Source: a virus
Taxonomy: Duplodnaviria > Caudoviricetes
Reading direction: 5' to 3' (one strand)
Virus record (IMG/VR): IMGVR_UViG_3300030060_005272
Location: 313-64,312 of that record
Length of the DNA stretch: 64,000 nucleotides
Shown here: positions 17,579 to 27,345 of the stretch, in pieces
Layout: each line of letters opens with the position of its first letter
Numbering within the stretch: position 1 is the stretch's first letter
Position numbers and translations under genes: made by a program
Notes under the pieces: model-generated
What the model saw: only the letters and a program-made list of their open reading frames with translations
The model's database searches: none
Told to the model about the DNA's origin: nothing

Positions 17579-19783
17579 TTAGAATTGTCCAACGATTTCA
17601 CTGAACTCAACGTTGGTTCTGACCGCAACAAAGTTTAACTGTATGAAGTTAATTGATCGAGCTGGCTTGATGTATATGTCACCAACAAACTCGTTTCTAT
17701 CAATCACTTCGCCAGTGTTATTTGTTTCGTCACAAACAACCTTAAAGTCAAAAATACCACGTCGACCTTGAACATCCCGTAGGAAAGGCTCGACTAGATT
17801 TCTGAACTGAGCTCTTGTGAATTCGTCGTTGAATTCAAACAAGGTGAATTTAGCTGCTGTAGCTATTGCTTTTTCAAGAACAATGAACAGTCTTCGAACA
17901 TTAATTCTATCAAATGCACTAGGCTTATCTAACAGCGTCTTGTCGCCAAACAAGATAGTTCCTTGACCTGGGAATGTAGTAATTGGATTAACACCATTCT
18001 TGTACAGTACATCTCTATCAGCTTTGTCAGCATTGTAAGAATTTTTAACAACATTCTTAATGATGCCTCTATTGAATCCAGCTGGAGAGTACCATGGGTC
18101 TCTAGTTGTATCTGTTCTAACCATTAGTCCAGCAACGTCTCCGTTGTATGGAACATATCGGTATACGTCATTATATCTATCGTATTGATACTTGAATCCA
18201 CCATCCATGATACCATATGAGGATGATGTCAGAGCATTTCTGAAGTCAACTGTATTAGCAGACTCGTTACCAAAGTTATTAATAACATCAGACTTAGGAG
18301 GAGATACTGTTACAACACAGTCTTTTCTTGCCTCTGCAATGTTATCAATGATATAGTTAGCCCATTGATGATCATGAGTACCACCTCTAGCTTTACCTTG
18401 CATTACAATTGATATATCAATATCTTCTGCATTCTTGAATACATCAACAGCATTAGATAATTGACCAATTGCTATGTTTGCTTCACCACTATCTGAGTCA
18501 CCAGCAATTTGGAAAGCAGTTACGTTTGCTGTACCACCATCACGACCAATTGTAAATGATCTTGTGAAAGGAACAGTATTAGTAACAGCAGAGTTAGACA
18601 TATTTACAGCAGTGTTAGAATAATCAGCTGTAGAGTTTTGTGTCTCAGATCCTGCTCGAACTTTCTTACCACCGTTAAGTACCCATTGTGATTGATTATC
18701 AATCACATTATAGTAGTAAATTGATTCACCAGACTCATCTTTTGCATCAGTTGCACGAGATAGTCCAGCATATTTTTCTATTATTTGTCCTTTGACTCCA
18801 GTGATGTCTCCATCTTCGTCGGCAACAATAATATGAAGCTCGTCAGATGCATCAGAGTTATTAGCAACATTGTTTGTCCACAGTGTTGTACCAGGAGCTT
18901 TATCAAATCTATTATGATATTGCCACTTACGTGTAACACTTTGTGTTGTTAAGTCTAGTGAAAAAGCAGTTGATAATGTAAACTTAGACGTCAATGTTAA
19001 GGTAGCTGTTGCTGAAAAGATTGTGTCGTTATTGTTGTCGTGCAATGCACCAGAAGTAGATGTAGACCCAATAGTAGCAACTTCTAATTCTTGAACTCCA
19101 ATAGAAGAGTTACCCAAACGAATGATGTCTCCAACTGCAAAGCTAGAAGCAACATTTGATACTGTGTTCTGTGCGAGTAAGTACTCTGCAACAGTATTGT
19201 TAGATGTTTGTGTGAAACTTGTTTTAACATCAGCGGCAGTAATTATAACGCTAGTATTACCAACTGCAACATTCAATGCTACGTTAGATATACCAGATAC
19301 GTTATTAGAAACTGTTGATTCGAATGCATCAGAGCTATCACAAATAGATATCTTTAATGAGTTACCAAGAGAACCAGGATACTTTGCTATGAAAGAACTA
19401 TCAGCTGGAACTGTAACATCATTGTCATAGTGCTCTCTATTTTTTATCATGATAGTATGTGATGTGTTACTTGAGTTAACTGCAGTAGCAGGGTTTTGTA
19501 ACACAGTTGCATTCAATGCCGTAGCTGCTACAGCTCGGCTTACGTATAATGCGTTCCCATACGCGAGGAAGTTGGCAGCAGTGAAAAATGATTCAAAATT
19601 GGTACCATCTGGCTTGTGAAATCTAGAAACCAACTCTTCTTCAGATGAAATAAGAGTTGCAACTTCTGCAGGACCCCACTTTAGTGAACCAGCAAATGCA
19701 CCTTCTGTTGTTGAAACAGCAGGTACAATAGTAGTTAAGTCAATTTCTGAAACATTTACACCAGGACTTACTTGGAATGCCAT
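17579..19783 (-). CDS. gp18: Tail sheath protein
   Basis: SPGVNVSEIDLT, PWYSPAGFNRG, GDKTL...SAFDRINVRRLF and KPARSINFIQLNFVA. Confidence 0.97.
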   Translation of the reverse strand: MAFQVSPGVNVSEIDLTTIVPAVSTTEGAFAGSLKWGPAEVATLISSEEELVSRFHKPDGTNFESFFTAANFLAYGNALYVSRAVAATALNATVLQNPATAVNSSNTSHTIMIKNREHYDNDVTVPADSSFIAKYPGSLGNSLKISICDSSDAFESTVSNNVSGISNVALNVAVGNTSVIITAADVKTSFTQTSNNTVAEYLLAQNTVSNVASSFAVGDIIRLGNSSIGVQELEVATIGSTSTSGALHDNNNDTIFSATATLTLTSKFTLSTAFSLDLTTQSVTRKWQYHNRFDKAPGTTLWTNNVANNSDASDELHIIVADEDGDITGVKGQIIEKYAGLSRATDAKDESGESIYYYNVIDNQSQWVLNGGKKVRAGSETQNSTADYSNTAVNMSNSAVTNTVPFTRSFTIGRDGGTANVTAFQIAGDSDSGEANIAIGQLSNAVDVFKNAEDIDISIVMQGKARGGTHDHQWANYIIDNIAEARKDCVVTVSPPKSDVINNFGNESANTVDFRNALTSSSYGIMDGGFKYQYDRYNDVYRYVPYNGDVAGLMVRTDTTRDPWYSPAGFNRGIIKNVVKNSYNADKADRDVLYKNGVNPITTFPGQGTILFGDKTLLDKPSAFDRINVRRLFIVLEKAIATAAKFTLFEFNDEFTRAQFRNLVEPFLRDVQGRRGIFDFKVVCDETNNTGEVIDRNEFVGDIYIKPARSINFIQLNFVAVRTNVEFSEIVGQF

Positions 19784-19833
19784 GGCTTAATTCTCCTTCA
19801 TTAAGGTTTTGAAATGCTTGATTTGCATGTCAT

Positions 19834-19841
19834 TATTTATA
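19834..19841 (-). promoter_or_regulatory. Late promoter TATAAATA upstream of gp18
   Basis: Exact consensus in the gp17-gp18 intergenic region. Confidence 0.8.
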
Positions 19842-19853
19842 AAAAAGCGGCTT

Positions 19854-21506
19854 TCACCACGATCCTTCAATTTCATAAGGCGTAGCTGTTATCCAATCGT
19901 CCGACTTATATTTTTGCATATCATCTTCTGGATCATTTATACCATCTTGGAAGAATCCAAATGGTAACATTTCTTCTTCTATAGCTTTTTCATTTGCTAG
20001 AAGTAAGTTCTTTCTTATATCTATATCAGTCATTTCTTTAAAGTATTCTTGACCTGTTAACCAAGCAAACAATACCAATGACATTACTAGATCATCATTA
20101 TATCCTTCTTCAGCTGCATAGCTTTGACCTCTTACAACAAATGCAGTAAGCTCTTTGAGTATTTCAAAATCATTGATCTTCAAACGATCATTTTCAATAA
20201 TAGTCTTTAGACCTGCACAACCAACTCTCTTCAATTGTTTAGTTGTTCTGACACCCAACTGTTGAGACTTACCACCAAAGCCAGCTGTCAATAATTGACC
20301 AGCTCTACCTTTCCACTCAGCTGTTAGTATACCTTCATACTCCAACTCATGATGTAGTATGTCAGCAACTTGTTGTCCTATGTCATTAATTTCGACAAGT
20401 ACGATAGCATCGTTATACTTACGTGCAGCGTCATAAATAATAGAAGGATATAGCATAGGAGCAATAACATTGGATCTATACGTACAGACAATTTCATAAG
20501 GCACACTAGTACAATCAACAACAGTAAAAGCGCTATAATCATTTCCTATACCTCTTGAAGTATCAACACTAATTGCATATACATGACTTCTTTCTGTTTC
20601 TTTCCATATCTTCATGTTCTCATTTTGTGATATTGGTTCATGGAAAGTTAATGCTGCTAGCTTACTAGGATTGATTAGTGTATTAGATGAACCAATAAAG
20701 TCACATTCAAACTCTTGTCTGAATTGTTCTTCACTAGTATTCTTGATTGTTTGTTCTTTCCACTCTTCATCTCTACCAGGTACAGCAGACCAATGAACTT
20801 GGATAGGAACGTATTCGTTTCTTCCTTCTTCTGCATCTACCCATAACTTGTAGAACAAGTTCATACCTTTTGGTGTAGATGTAATCATAACTCTTGATGT
20901 TCTACCAGATGAAATGGTAGGATAAACTGATGCAAAGAACTCTTCTTGTAGTTGTGAATCTACGAATGCAAACTCATCAAGATATACTAACGAAAATGAA
21001 CCACCTCGTATAGCAGATGATGATGTTGAACTTGCAAGAACCTTACTTCCATTCTCTAACTCAAGACTACCTTTGTTCCATTCAACTAGTCCTTGTTGTA
21101 ACCAATGAGGTAACCATTCATATGCCATTTGCAATCTACTCAATATCTCTCGAGCAGTGCTTGCTTTGTTAGCTAGTATTGCACAGTTGAATGATTCGTT
21201 GAATAAGATAAACCAAAGTATAACAGCAACCATGGTTGTTGTCTTACCAGACTGTCGAGGCATCTTACATATAGAGAAACGATTATGAACAACAGATTTC
21301 ATTATGTCTAATTGGAAATCATATAGATCAAGAGGAACAACACCTTCATCAATGTTGACAATCTTCATATATGTACGACAAAAGTATTCAATATCCTTAG
21401 AGCATCTCACTAACTCTTGGATTTGTTCTTCTGTATAATCTAATGCAACTCCAGCTTTTTTGAGTCTGGGATTACCTAGATAAATTTCATTCGGGGATAA
21501 TGCCAC
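19854..21506 (-). CDS. gp17: Terminase large subunit
   Basis: YLGNP.LK, PRQSGKTT, YLDEFAF, STPKG.N and DDLVMSL; no intein seen. Confidence 0.97.
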   Translation of the reverse strand: MALSPNEIYLGNPRLKKAGVALDYTEEQIQELVRCSKDIEYFCRTYMKIVNIDEGVVPLDLYDFQLDIMKSVVHNRFSICKMPRQSGKTTTMVAVILWFILFNESFNCAILANKASTAREILSRLQMAYEWLPHWLQQGLVEWNKGSLELENGSKVLASSTSSSAIRGGSFSLVYLDEFAFVDSQLQEEFFASVYPTISSGRTSRVMITSTPKGMNLFYKLWVDAEEGRNEYVPIQVHWSAVPGRDEEWKEQTIKNTSEEQFRQEFECDFIGSSNTLINPSKLAALTFHEPISQNENMKIWKETERSHVYAISVDTSRGIGNDYSAFTVVDCTSVPYEIVCTYRSNVIAPMLYPSIIYDAARKYNDAIVLVEINDIGQQVADILHHELEYEGILTAEWKGRAGQLLTAGFGGKSQQLGVRTTKQLKRVGCAGLKTIIENDRLKINDFEILKELTAFVVRGQSYAAEEGYNDDLVMSLVLFAWLTGQEYFKEMTDIDIRKNLLLANEKAIEEEMLPFGFFQDGINDPEDDMQKYKSDDWITATPYEIEGSW

Positions 21507-21915
21507 GTTCTTTCAACTTTGTTCTATTGTTAAGATGTTCAGACACAATCATATCTTTTGATTGTCCATGATACTTAACACCGTAGTTTTCCATGATCAT
21601 AGCTTCTGCCATCATCATCCATTTGTTTGATGTAGAGTGGAACACTTCAAAGTCTCCCAATATTCTACCAAACTTTCCTTTTTCATCCTTGTAAGATTTG
21701 AACTTAGTACAATTAGCAAGATACTTAACTACTTGATCTTTTGCTAATATACCATACTTCTTCTCTACTGGATCAGACGTTCTTGATTCTGGTGTATCAA
21801 TTCCCATTATTCTGATACGTTGGTTTCTTAACCATACACCAAAACCTAAATCAATATCGATGTCAACAGTATCACCGTCAACTACTTTAACTAAATTAAA
21901 ATTATATTCAAACAT
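21487..21915 (-). CDS. Staphylococcal nuclease-like (thermonuclease) protein
   Basis: VVDGDTVD.DIDLGF, RI.GIDTPESRT and GKFGRILG. Confidence 0.85.
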   Translation of the reverse strand: MFEYNFNLVKVVDGDTVDIDIDLGFGVWLRNQRIRIMGIDTPESRTSDPVEKKYGILAKDQVVKYLANCTKFKSYKDEKGKFGRILGDFEVFHSTSNKWMMMAEAMIMENYGVKYHGQSKDMIVSEHLNNRTKLKERGIIPE

Positions 21916-21969
21916 TCGTTGACTTATCCTTATTTTGGTATATAATAAACTATGTGGCCCGGACAGATA

Positions 21970-23010
21970 CTATTGCCATTTACTATCAATACCTTCTACC
22001 GCCCAGTCAGTATATGAATAGAGTTGTCCTTTTAAGTTATTTATAGTCTTTACAGATCGATCATTATTGACAACATCATAGATATCATCTGTTTTGCAAG
22101 AGTTGAATGTTGCATATGGACTAGAATAGTATGTCTCTCCAGTGCCCATATTCATATAATGATTTGTCTTATGGTTGAGTACTTCTCTATCAAACCATAT
22201 CCATGCTTCTTGTGAGCTCTTCTTTGGCAACATCCATCTATCTAATTCTGGAAAATGTTTGACAAAGTATATTGCTTTGAGTATCTTATCCCAAGAGTGA
22301 TTGTATATTCCACTCTCATGCCACATATCCAATTGCTCTTTCATATAATCATCCCACCATGAAGCATGAATGATTGGATTGTCTTCGAAGAACTCAGTAT
22401 CTTCTACTCCAACAACTGAGCATCCCAATCTTCTAAATCTTCTTAGTCCTTGTTCAAAGCATTGTATTGGCCAGTTCTCAACGTATCTGTTTATCACAGG
22501 CACACCAGTGCCCCATACAATAAAGTCATTCTTAGGATCAATTGCTTTATGATTAACTAATTCAGTTTCAGATACTGCATATGCTGGACAAGGAAACATA
22601 TCTTGAAATGTATTTTGATAGTAATCTGACTTGACAAATTTGACAACATCTACATTTTGAATATAGTCACAAGTAATAGGCATGTTGTTTGTTAGATTGT
22701 GTATCTCATCATGATTCAATATCTTATGTCTGAATTGATAAACTTGATTGATCTTTACGTGCTCAATGTTTAACTTATCAAAAACATATGCAATGATAGC
22801 ACTATCACAACCACCACTGACTGGCAACACTAATCTTTTATTTGTTCTTTCTCTTAGTCTCAGCGCTGCATCAAAGCAAGCCTCTCTGAATGTCATCTTG
22901 GTTTTTTCAAACCTCTGCATCCAGTGAAAGCCTTTTTCGTTTATAATATAACTTTTACCTGCGTAGTCTGGATCACCACTATGCCAAATGTACTCATTTT
23001 TTAGGTTCAT
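21970..23010 (-). CDS. PP-loop (adenine nucleotide alpha-hydrolase-like) protein of unknown substrate
   Basis: LVLPVSGGCDSAII, an SGGxDS PP-loop; remainder unrecognised. Confidence 0.55.
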   Translation of the reverse strand: MNLKNEYIWHSGDPDYAGKSYIINEKGFHWMQRFEKTKMTFREACFDAALRLRERTNKRLVLPVSGGCDSAIIAYVFDKLNIEHVKINQVYQFRHKILNHDEIHNLTNNMPITCDYIQNVDVVKFVKSDYYQNTFQDMFPCPAYAVSETELVNHKAIDPKNDFIVWGTGVPVINRYVENWPIQCFEQGLRRFRRLGCSVVGVEDTEFFEDNPIIHASWWDDYMKEQLDMWHESGIYNHSWDKILKAIYFVKHFPELDRWMLPKKSSQEAWIWFDREVLNHKTNHYMNMGTGETYYSSPYATFNSCKTDDIYDVVNNDRSVKTINNLKGQLYSYTDWAVEGIDSKWQ

Positions 23011-23458
23011 CTAACAATTGACTCCTTGCATTCCCACCTAAGAGTTTGGTTAAGTCGGCGTTTGTTCCTACAAATAAATTATTAGTTACTTTATCTGGTC
23101 CAGCTTTTTTAGGATCAGATAGTATATCTTTAGCTTTAGCTTGTATGTCTACAATTTTTTCATTTGTATCTGTAAGTGTTTTTATCAGTTGACCTACAAC
23201 TTCATATGCTCTAGGATGTTGAGATTGATTAGCAAGATCAAGTATTCCATCTAATGCATCTCTACCTCTTTCAGCTAGATGATATAAATTTTCTCTAGCA
23301 TACTCTACATCTTTTTCCGTCGCTTCTGTTCCTGTGGCTGGTACATTGGCGGGTACATCTTTAGATGAGTGTAATGACAAAGGGGCAGTGTTAGGACTGA
23401 TATCCAGAGCATTAGCAATAGGATCAGCATGAGCATTGAAAGGTCTATCCTGTTCCAT
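22994..23458 (-). CDS. gp16: Terminase small subunit
   Basis: D.EYARENLY.L.E.G..AL, HPRAYEV.GQL and TNNLFVG...L.KLL; likely start 23458. Confidence 0.9.
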   Translation of the reverse strand: MEQDRPFNAHADPIANALDISPNTAPLSLHSSKDVPANVPATGTEATEKDVEYARENLYHLAERGRDALDGILDLANQSQHPRAYEVVGQLIKTLTDTNEKIVDIQAKAKDILSDPKKAGPDKVTNNLFVGTNADLTKLLGGNARSQLLDEPKK

Positions 23459-24341
23459 CACCATCGAAGAACTCCTCAAAGTTAGTTATATAATCATAAT
23501 CATCAGTTGACTTTATCGATGATGCGGCTACTGTTAATGATGCATTTGTTGTTGGTGAACCATTAGACAGCAACCCTGGTGTGATTGTTTGGCGAGAGTG
23601 AAGTGTAAACTGAGTACCATTTGAAAGGCCTGTTGCTATAGTCTTCACTGTTGTATTTGATGGGTGTACGTTTGCAAACTTAGTTGTTGTGTCAACATAA
23701 AACATTGTATTAGCTTTCTTGATAACACCAGTCTTACTAACAGGACCAAACAATTGTCCTTTGACTGTAAATGTAAGAGTGTGTATCAAAGCTCGTCTTT
23801 GTTGAAAGTCTGCTTCGTAGGTATCTGATATTGTTACAGCTTCTAGGACAACTGGAATATCAATCTTCCAATCCATCTCTGGAATCAACTCAGCTGTAAC
23901 AGTAAACTCTGGTGTAAAGAATGGCATTATCTGTTCAAGTATCTTTGTTGAGTCTTCAGCATATCTACTGAATATATTCAACTCAATGTTGATATCATAT
24001 GGAACAGGATTGTACATTGTTCTTAGATTAGCATTGTTATTTGAATCATGTATTGCAACATTTCTACGTACGGTATTTAACTTACGCTCTGTTGCATATG
24101 ACATTCCAATCATTTCAAATGACATACGAGGAAGAACTACTGCTGCTTCTCTATCTAAGTCAGGATCTTGTTCTAGTCTTGCGATTGTTTTATCACGAGG
24201 ACCATATGCTAATGGAACTTTGATATCTTGAACACGATTGCCATTATTATCTGTTCTTGTTATTATTATCTCATTGAATAGAGTACCAAAGATGATAATG
24301 TATTTACGTAGAGTACCGTGATAAAAAGTATGTCCAAACAT
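23445..24341 (-). CDS. gp15: Tail sheath stabilizer / terminator
   Basis: MFG.TFYH...RKY...FGTLFN, KVPLAYGP, LPRMSFE and EQI.P.FTP. Confidence 0.93.
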   Translation of the reverse strand: MFGHTFYHGTLRKYIIIFGTLFNEIIITRTDNNGNRVQDIKVPLAYGPRDKTIARLEQDPDLDREAAVVLPRMSFEMIGMSYATERKLNTVRRNVAIHDSNNNANLRTMYNPVPYDINIELNIFSRYAEDSTKILEQIMPFFTPEFTVTAELIPEMDWKIDIPVVLEAVTISDTYEADFQQRRALIHTLTFTVKGQLFGPVSKTGVIKKANTMFYVDTTTKFANVHPSNTTVKTIATGLSNGTQFTLHSRQTITPGLLSNGSPTTNASLTVAASSIKSTDDYDYITNFEEFFDGDGTG

Positions 24342-25111
24342 TAAAACCTACCACCCTCACTGAATGGATCAGCGTCACTAAAGTCTATTATACTATCAGC
24401 TTCTGATTCCAAGAATACATTCTCTGCATCCGTGATTGTATCATAATCTCTATCAGCATCTGCACTAGCATCTTCTGCAGACTCTTCTTCTGATAGAAGT
24501 CTAAAACCATCTTCAGTGAATAATGCTTCTCCATCCTCTGCTAACATCTGAACTTCTTCATAGATGTCAAGAGAGAACTTAGTTTCTAATTCATCTATCT
24601 CAGGTATGCCTGTGTTCATTCTTTCATTAGAATATTCAAACAATTCAACTCTACAATCATAGAATTGTAAAGCACCCATTTGATAGAATACTGGTTCGTG
24701 TTCAACAAACTTGATTTCATATAATTTTTGGTTCAATGGGAAGAATATCAAGTCACCTTCTCTTGGTCTTGATATGTTTTGTGTAGCTTCTACTTCACTT
24801 TCAAATGATCTTCTGGCAACAGACAATGTCATTGAGTCTCTTATCTCTAAACCAAACTTAGATAAGAAGTCACCTTCTCCTTCAAAACCATCAACATTTC
24901 TAACATACATTGCAACATCTGTTACATTATCAAATACAGCCAAGTCTTCTTCTGTGTATAGTTGATCGTATCCTTCTGACGTAAACTTCTTACATAGGTA
25001 TCCAACATCGATTCCATATATTGCAATGGATTCAATAACCAGATCAGCTATTAAGTTTTGTTCACCAAAGTGTTCAAACTTATTGAAATAAAGGCTTGTT
25101 GTACCTACCAT
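24341..25111 (-). CDS. gp14: Neck / head closure protein
   Basis: EQ.LI.DL..ESI..YG, SKFG.EIRD, RP.EGDLI.FP, FVEHE..FYQ.G and the terminal PF. Confidence 0.93.
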   Translation of the reverse strand: MVGTTSLYFNKFEHFGEQNLIADLVIESIAIYGIDVGYLCKKFTSEGYDQLYTEEDLAVFDNVTDVAMYVRNVDGFEGEGDFLSKFGLEIRDSMTLSVARRSFESEVEATQNISRPREGDLIFFPLNQKLYEIKFVEHEPVFYQMGALQFYDCRVELFEYSNERMNTGIPEIDELETKFSLDIYEEVQMLAEDGEALFTEDGFRLLSEEESAEDASADADRDYDTITDAENVFLESEADSIIDFSDADPFSEGGRF

Positions 25112-25112
25112 C

Positions 25113-25853
25113 TTAACCTGTCATATCGTGTACTGGTAAGGAGTATGATGAAAGCATCTCCTGTTCTAATTTATCTTTTTCAATTTGTGCCTGTGAGAGT
25201 ATATCTGCTCCATTGAATTGTACACCTCCAGGAAGTTGCATACCTGTAAACTTAGATAGATTTGAACCCCATTGATATTTTATTAAACATGTTGTATACT
25301 CAGCTAACCATCTATCACCCCAAAGGTCTGTGTATGTATCACCATCAACCTTATTGTATACATGAGCTACAATGAAGTCACCTACATTTAACTTTTCCCA
25401 ATCCATATCAATGTGGAGTTTGTTAACATGTCTGTTATATCTTATTGGTTGTTTACCAACTAATATCTCTTCAATCATTCTAATGTTCATAAAGTTCATA
25501 TAAAAAGGAACAAGATCATATCTTGATAGATCATACAAGTCATTCAATGCAATTTGATATCTAATGTTGAATAAGTTATTAGTACTGGTTGCATCACCAA
25601 TGTCAAATATATTAATGACTCCAATAGTAGTATTGGGTATATCAATATATTGGTTGTCAATGTCTGTCTGTGTGACAACATGTTTTAAGAATGTTTTTTC
25701 AACACCATCAAAATGATAGTCTTGATAATATGCTAGTGCTTGATCAATACGATCTTCTACTTGATCATCATCAACATTAATCTCAATGACTGGTTTACCC
25801 AATCGTCTGAGACACAGTTCTTTGAATGCACTTCTACTACTTGGTACTGCCAT
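25113..25853 (-). CDS. gp13: Neck protein
   Basis: CLRRLG.PVIEINVDDDQ.EDRID.A, HFDG and QWG.NL.KF.G..LPGGV..NG. Confidence 0.93.
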   Translation of the reverse strand: MAVPSSRSAFKELCLRRLGKPVIEINVDDDQVEDRIDQALAYYQDYHFDGVEKTFLKHVVTQTDIDNQYIDIPNTTIGVINIFDIGDATSTNNLFNIRYQIALNDLYDLSRYDLVPFYMNFMNIRMIEEILVGKQPIRYNRHVNKLHIDMDWEKLNVGDFIVAHVYNKVDGDTYTDLWGDRWLAEYTTCLIKYQWGSNLSKFTGMQLPGGVQFNGADILSQAQIEKDKLEQEMLSSYSLPVHDMTG

Positions 25854-25856
25854 TTG

Positions 25857-26483
25857 TTATCCCCAGGCTGCATCGCCATTGGCGTATAAAATTTGTAATC
25901 TATTGCCACTGCCATCTTTCAATGCTGTTGTGACTTGTAAGTTTGCTCCAACTAAGAAGTCTGAAGATGCATTAACACAGTTGAATGTTACTACTGTATC
26001 ATTTGCTGTTGCAGTAACACCTCCAGCTGTTGTTACATTTCTAACATGAGTTGTGTTAGAAGCCATCATAAAATCACTTTGAGCTCTATCTGTTATGGTG
26101 ACATCTGTCAATCCATTGAGTTGTGTTGATCCTCCTGTGACAGCATTCTCATCAACATAATTTTTTAGAGCTTGAGATGTAGCAATGGTTGTTGTATTAG
26201 CTACTTCAACATTAGCAACAATACCTACAACCTTTGTATTAGATGTACCTGATGTTGTAAGAGTTAGTCCACCAACTTTTATTTCATCAAGAAAACTATT
26301 TGCATCAACTACCATTGCTTGGTTAGCTGTCAATGTTCCTGGTGTTCGTACACCAGCTACTGCAACTACTGCAGATCCATTACCAATAAAAACTTGCTGG
26401 CTATTAGTTGACCATGCTAACTCACCAATTTCTAAACTAGTTGGTGTTGCTGTATTAGCACTTCTTTTAATTTGTATGGCCAC
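25857..26483 (-). CDS. Virion fibre/whisker-like structural protein
   Basis: N-terminal IQIKRS...P.SL..GELA...FIG motif common to phage fibre proteins; ALKNYVD and L.GLTDV repeats. Confidence 0.6.
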   Translation of the reverse strand: MAIQIKRSANTATPTSLEIGELAWSTNSQQVFIGNGSAVVAVAGVRTPGTLTANQAMVVDANSFLDEIKVGGLTLTTSGTSNTKVVGIVANVEVANTTTIATSQALKNYVDENAVTGGSTQLNGLTDVTITDRAQSDFMMASNTTHVRNVTTAGGVTATANDTVVTFNCVNASSDFLVGANLQVTTALKDGSGNRLQILYANGDAAWG

Positions 26484-26758
26484 TAGAAACTACCTCCGTC
26501 TACATCGTTTCTATCTGTTGTAATGAATGTATCATTAGCAGATATGTATCTTAGAACTTGTCCGTTACTCACACTACTACTATTTACATCAGCAAAATCT
26601 TCTACTCTTCTTACAATAGAAGTTGGCATTGTTAACTTTATTGTTCCTGTTGTATTAGCTAAATGAATAGTACCAGATGCCACATTTGCTAAAGCTGTAC
26701 CATTAGCATGTAGTGGTGTTGGTTTGGTATTACCAGGTAGCTGAATGCTGAGTCCCAC
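26483..26758 (-). CDS. Small virion-associated hypothetical protein
   Basis: DV....NGQVLRY fibre-type repeat; ends DGGSF; GTG start. Confidence 0.5.
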   Translation of the reverse strand: MGLSIQLPGNTKPTPLHANGTALANVASGTIHLANTTGTIKLTMPTSIVRRVEDFADVNSSSVSNGQVLRYISANDTFITTDRNDVDGGSF

Positions 26759-26952
26759 TAGAACTCACCACCATCGTTTGAATCTTCTTGGAGTATATAC
26801 TTCTTGTCATTAGAACTGTATACAAGTATAGCTCCATTGGCTAATGTTTGTTCTGAAACATCTTCACAAGCAGATAGCTTGTTGGCAGATCCTACTATTG
26901 GATTGCCATAGATTGTTAATGTATCTAAATCATTTCTTAGCATTTTTACCAT
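26758..26952 (-). CDS. Small virion-associated hypothetical protein, paralogous to its neighbour
   Basis: DV....NGAILVY repeat; ends DGGEF. Confidence 0.5.
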   Translation of the reverse strand: MVKMLRNDLDTLTIYGNPIVGSANKLSACEDVSEQTLANGAILVYSSNDKKYILQEDSNDGGEF

Positions 26953-27287
26953 TATGCTGTTACCCTTGGTGTGACAGTTACAATTCCTTCTACAGCTCTC
27001 AACTTTGTGTTAGCAGATGTGTTGTGTAATGATAGATCGTAAACATATCTTCCTTCTGTTATGTTTGCTGTTACTGCATGAGTAAGTGCCATAGTAACTG
27101 TACCATTTGTACCACCAGTAGTACAAGTAAAAGTAGCAGTTGCATTTGTTGAAGAAAAGTGTTTACGTAGCTGAGAGTTTGCTGTATAATTAGATAAGTC
27201 TACTCGGGCGCCAGCTGCGTCTGTAATATCAATATCTGTGGAGAATGATGCCCCTTGATCTATTACAATGTTTGCCTTTGTCGCCAT
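26952..27287 (-). CDS. Conserved virion structural protein of T4-like marine phages
   Basis: NI.IDQGA.F, DL.NYT..SQ.RK, GRYVYD and R.VEGIVTV.P.VT. Confidence 0.75.
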   Translation of the reverse strand: MATKANIVIDQGASFSTDIDITDAAGARVDLSNYTANSQLRKHFSSTNATATFTCTTGGTNGTVTMALTHAVTANITEGRYVYDLSLHNTSANTKLRAVEGIVTVTPRVTA

Positions 27288-27307
27288 TATCTGCTCCTAT
27301 TAACTTA

Positions 27308-27323
27308 GCTAAATATATTTATA
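27308..27323. promoter_or_regulatory. Overlapping opposite-facing late promoters: TATAAATA (minus, 27316-27323) and GCTAAATA (plus, 27308-27315)
   Basis: Sequence GCTAAATATATTTATA lies in the divergent intergenic region. The minus-strand site is exact consensus; the plus-strand site is the variant also seen before gp19. Confidence 0.55.
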
Positions 27324-27345
27324 ATAACAATGATGTGGTCATATT

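Noticed and set aside
19854-21506. Intein or intron in terminase or other core genes
   Set aside because: gp17, gp20, gp23, gp46 and uvsW are of normal length with no Hint or homing-endonuclease motifs.
21970-23010. PP-loop gene as queC
   Set aside because: It has SGGxDS but no C-terminal Cys zinc motif of QueC, is longer than QueC, and is far from queD/queE.
25857-26483. Diversity-generating retroelement target (Mtd-like N-terminus)
   Set aside because: No reverse transcriptase and no template/variable repeat pair differing at adenines is seen in the window.
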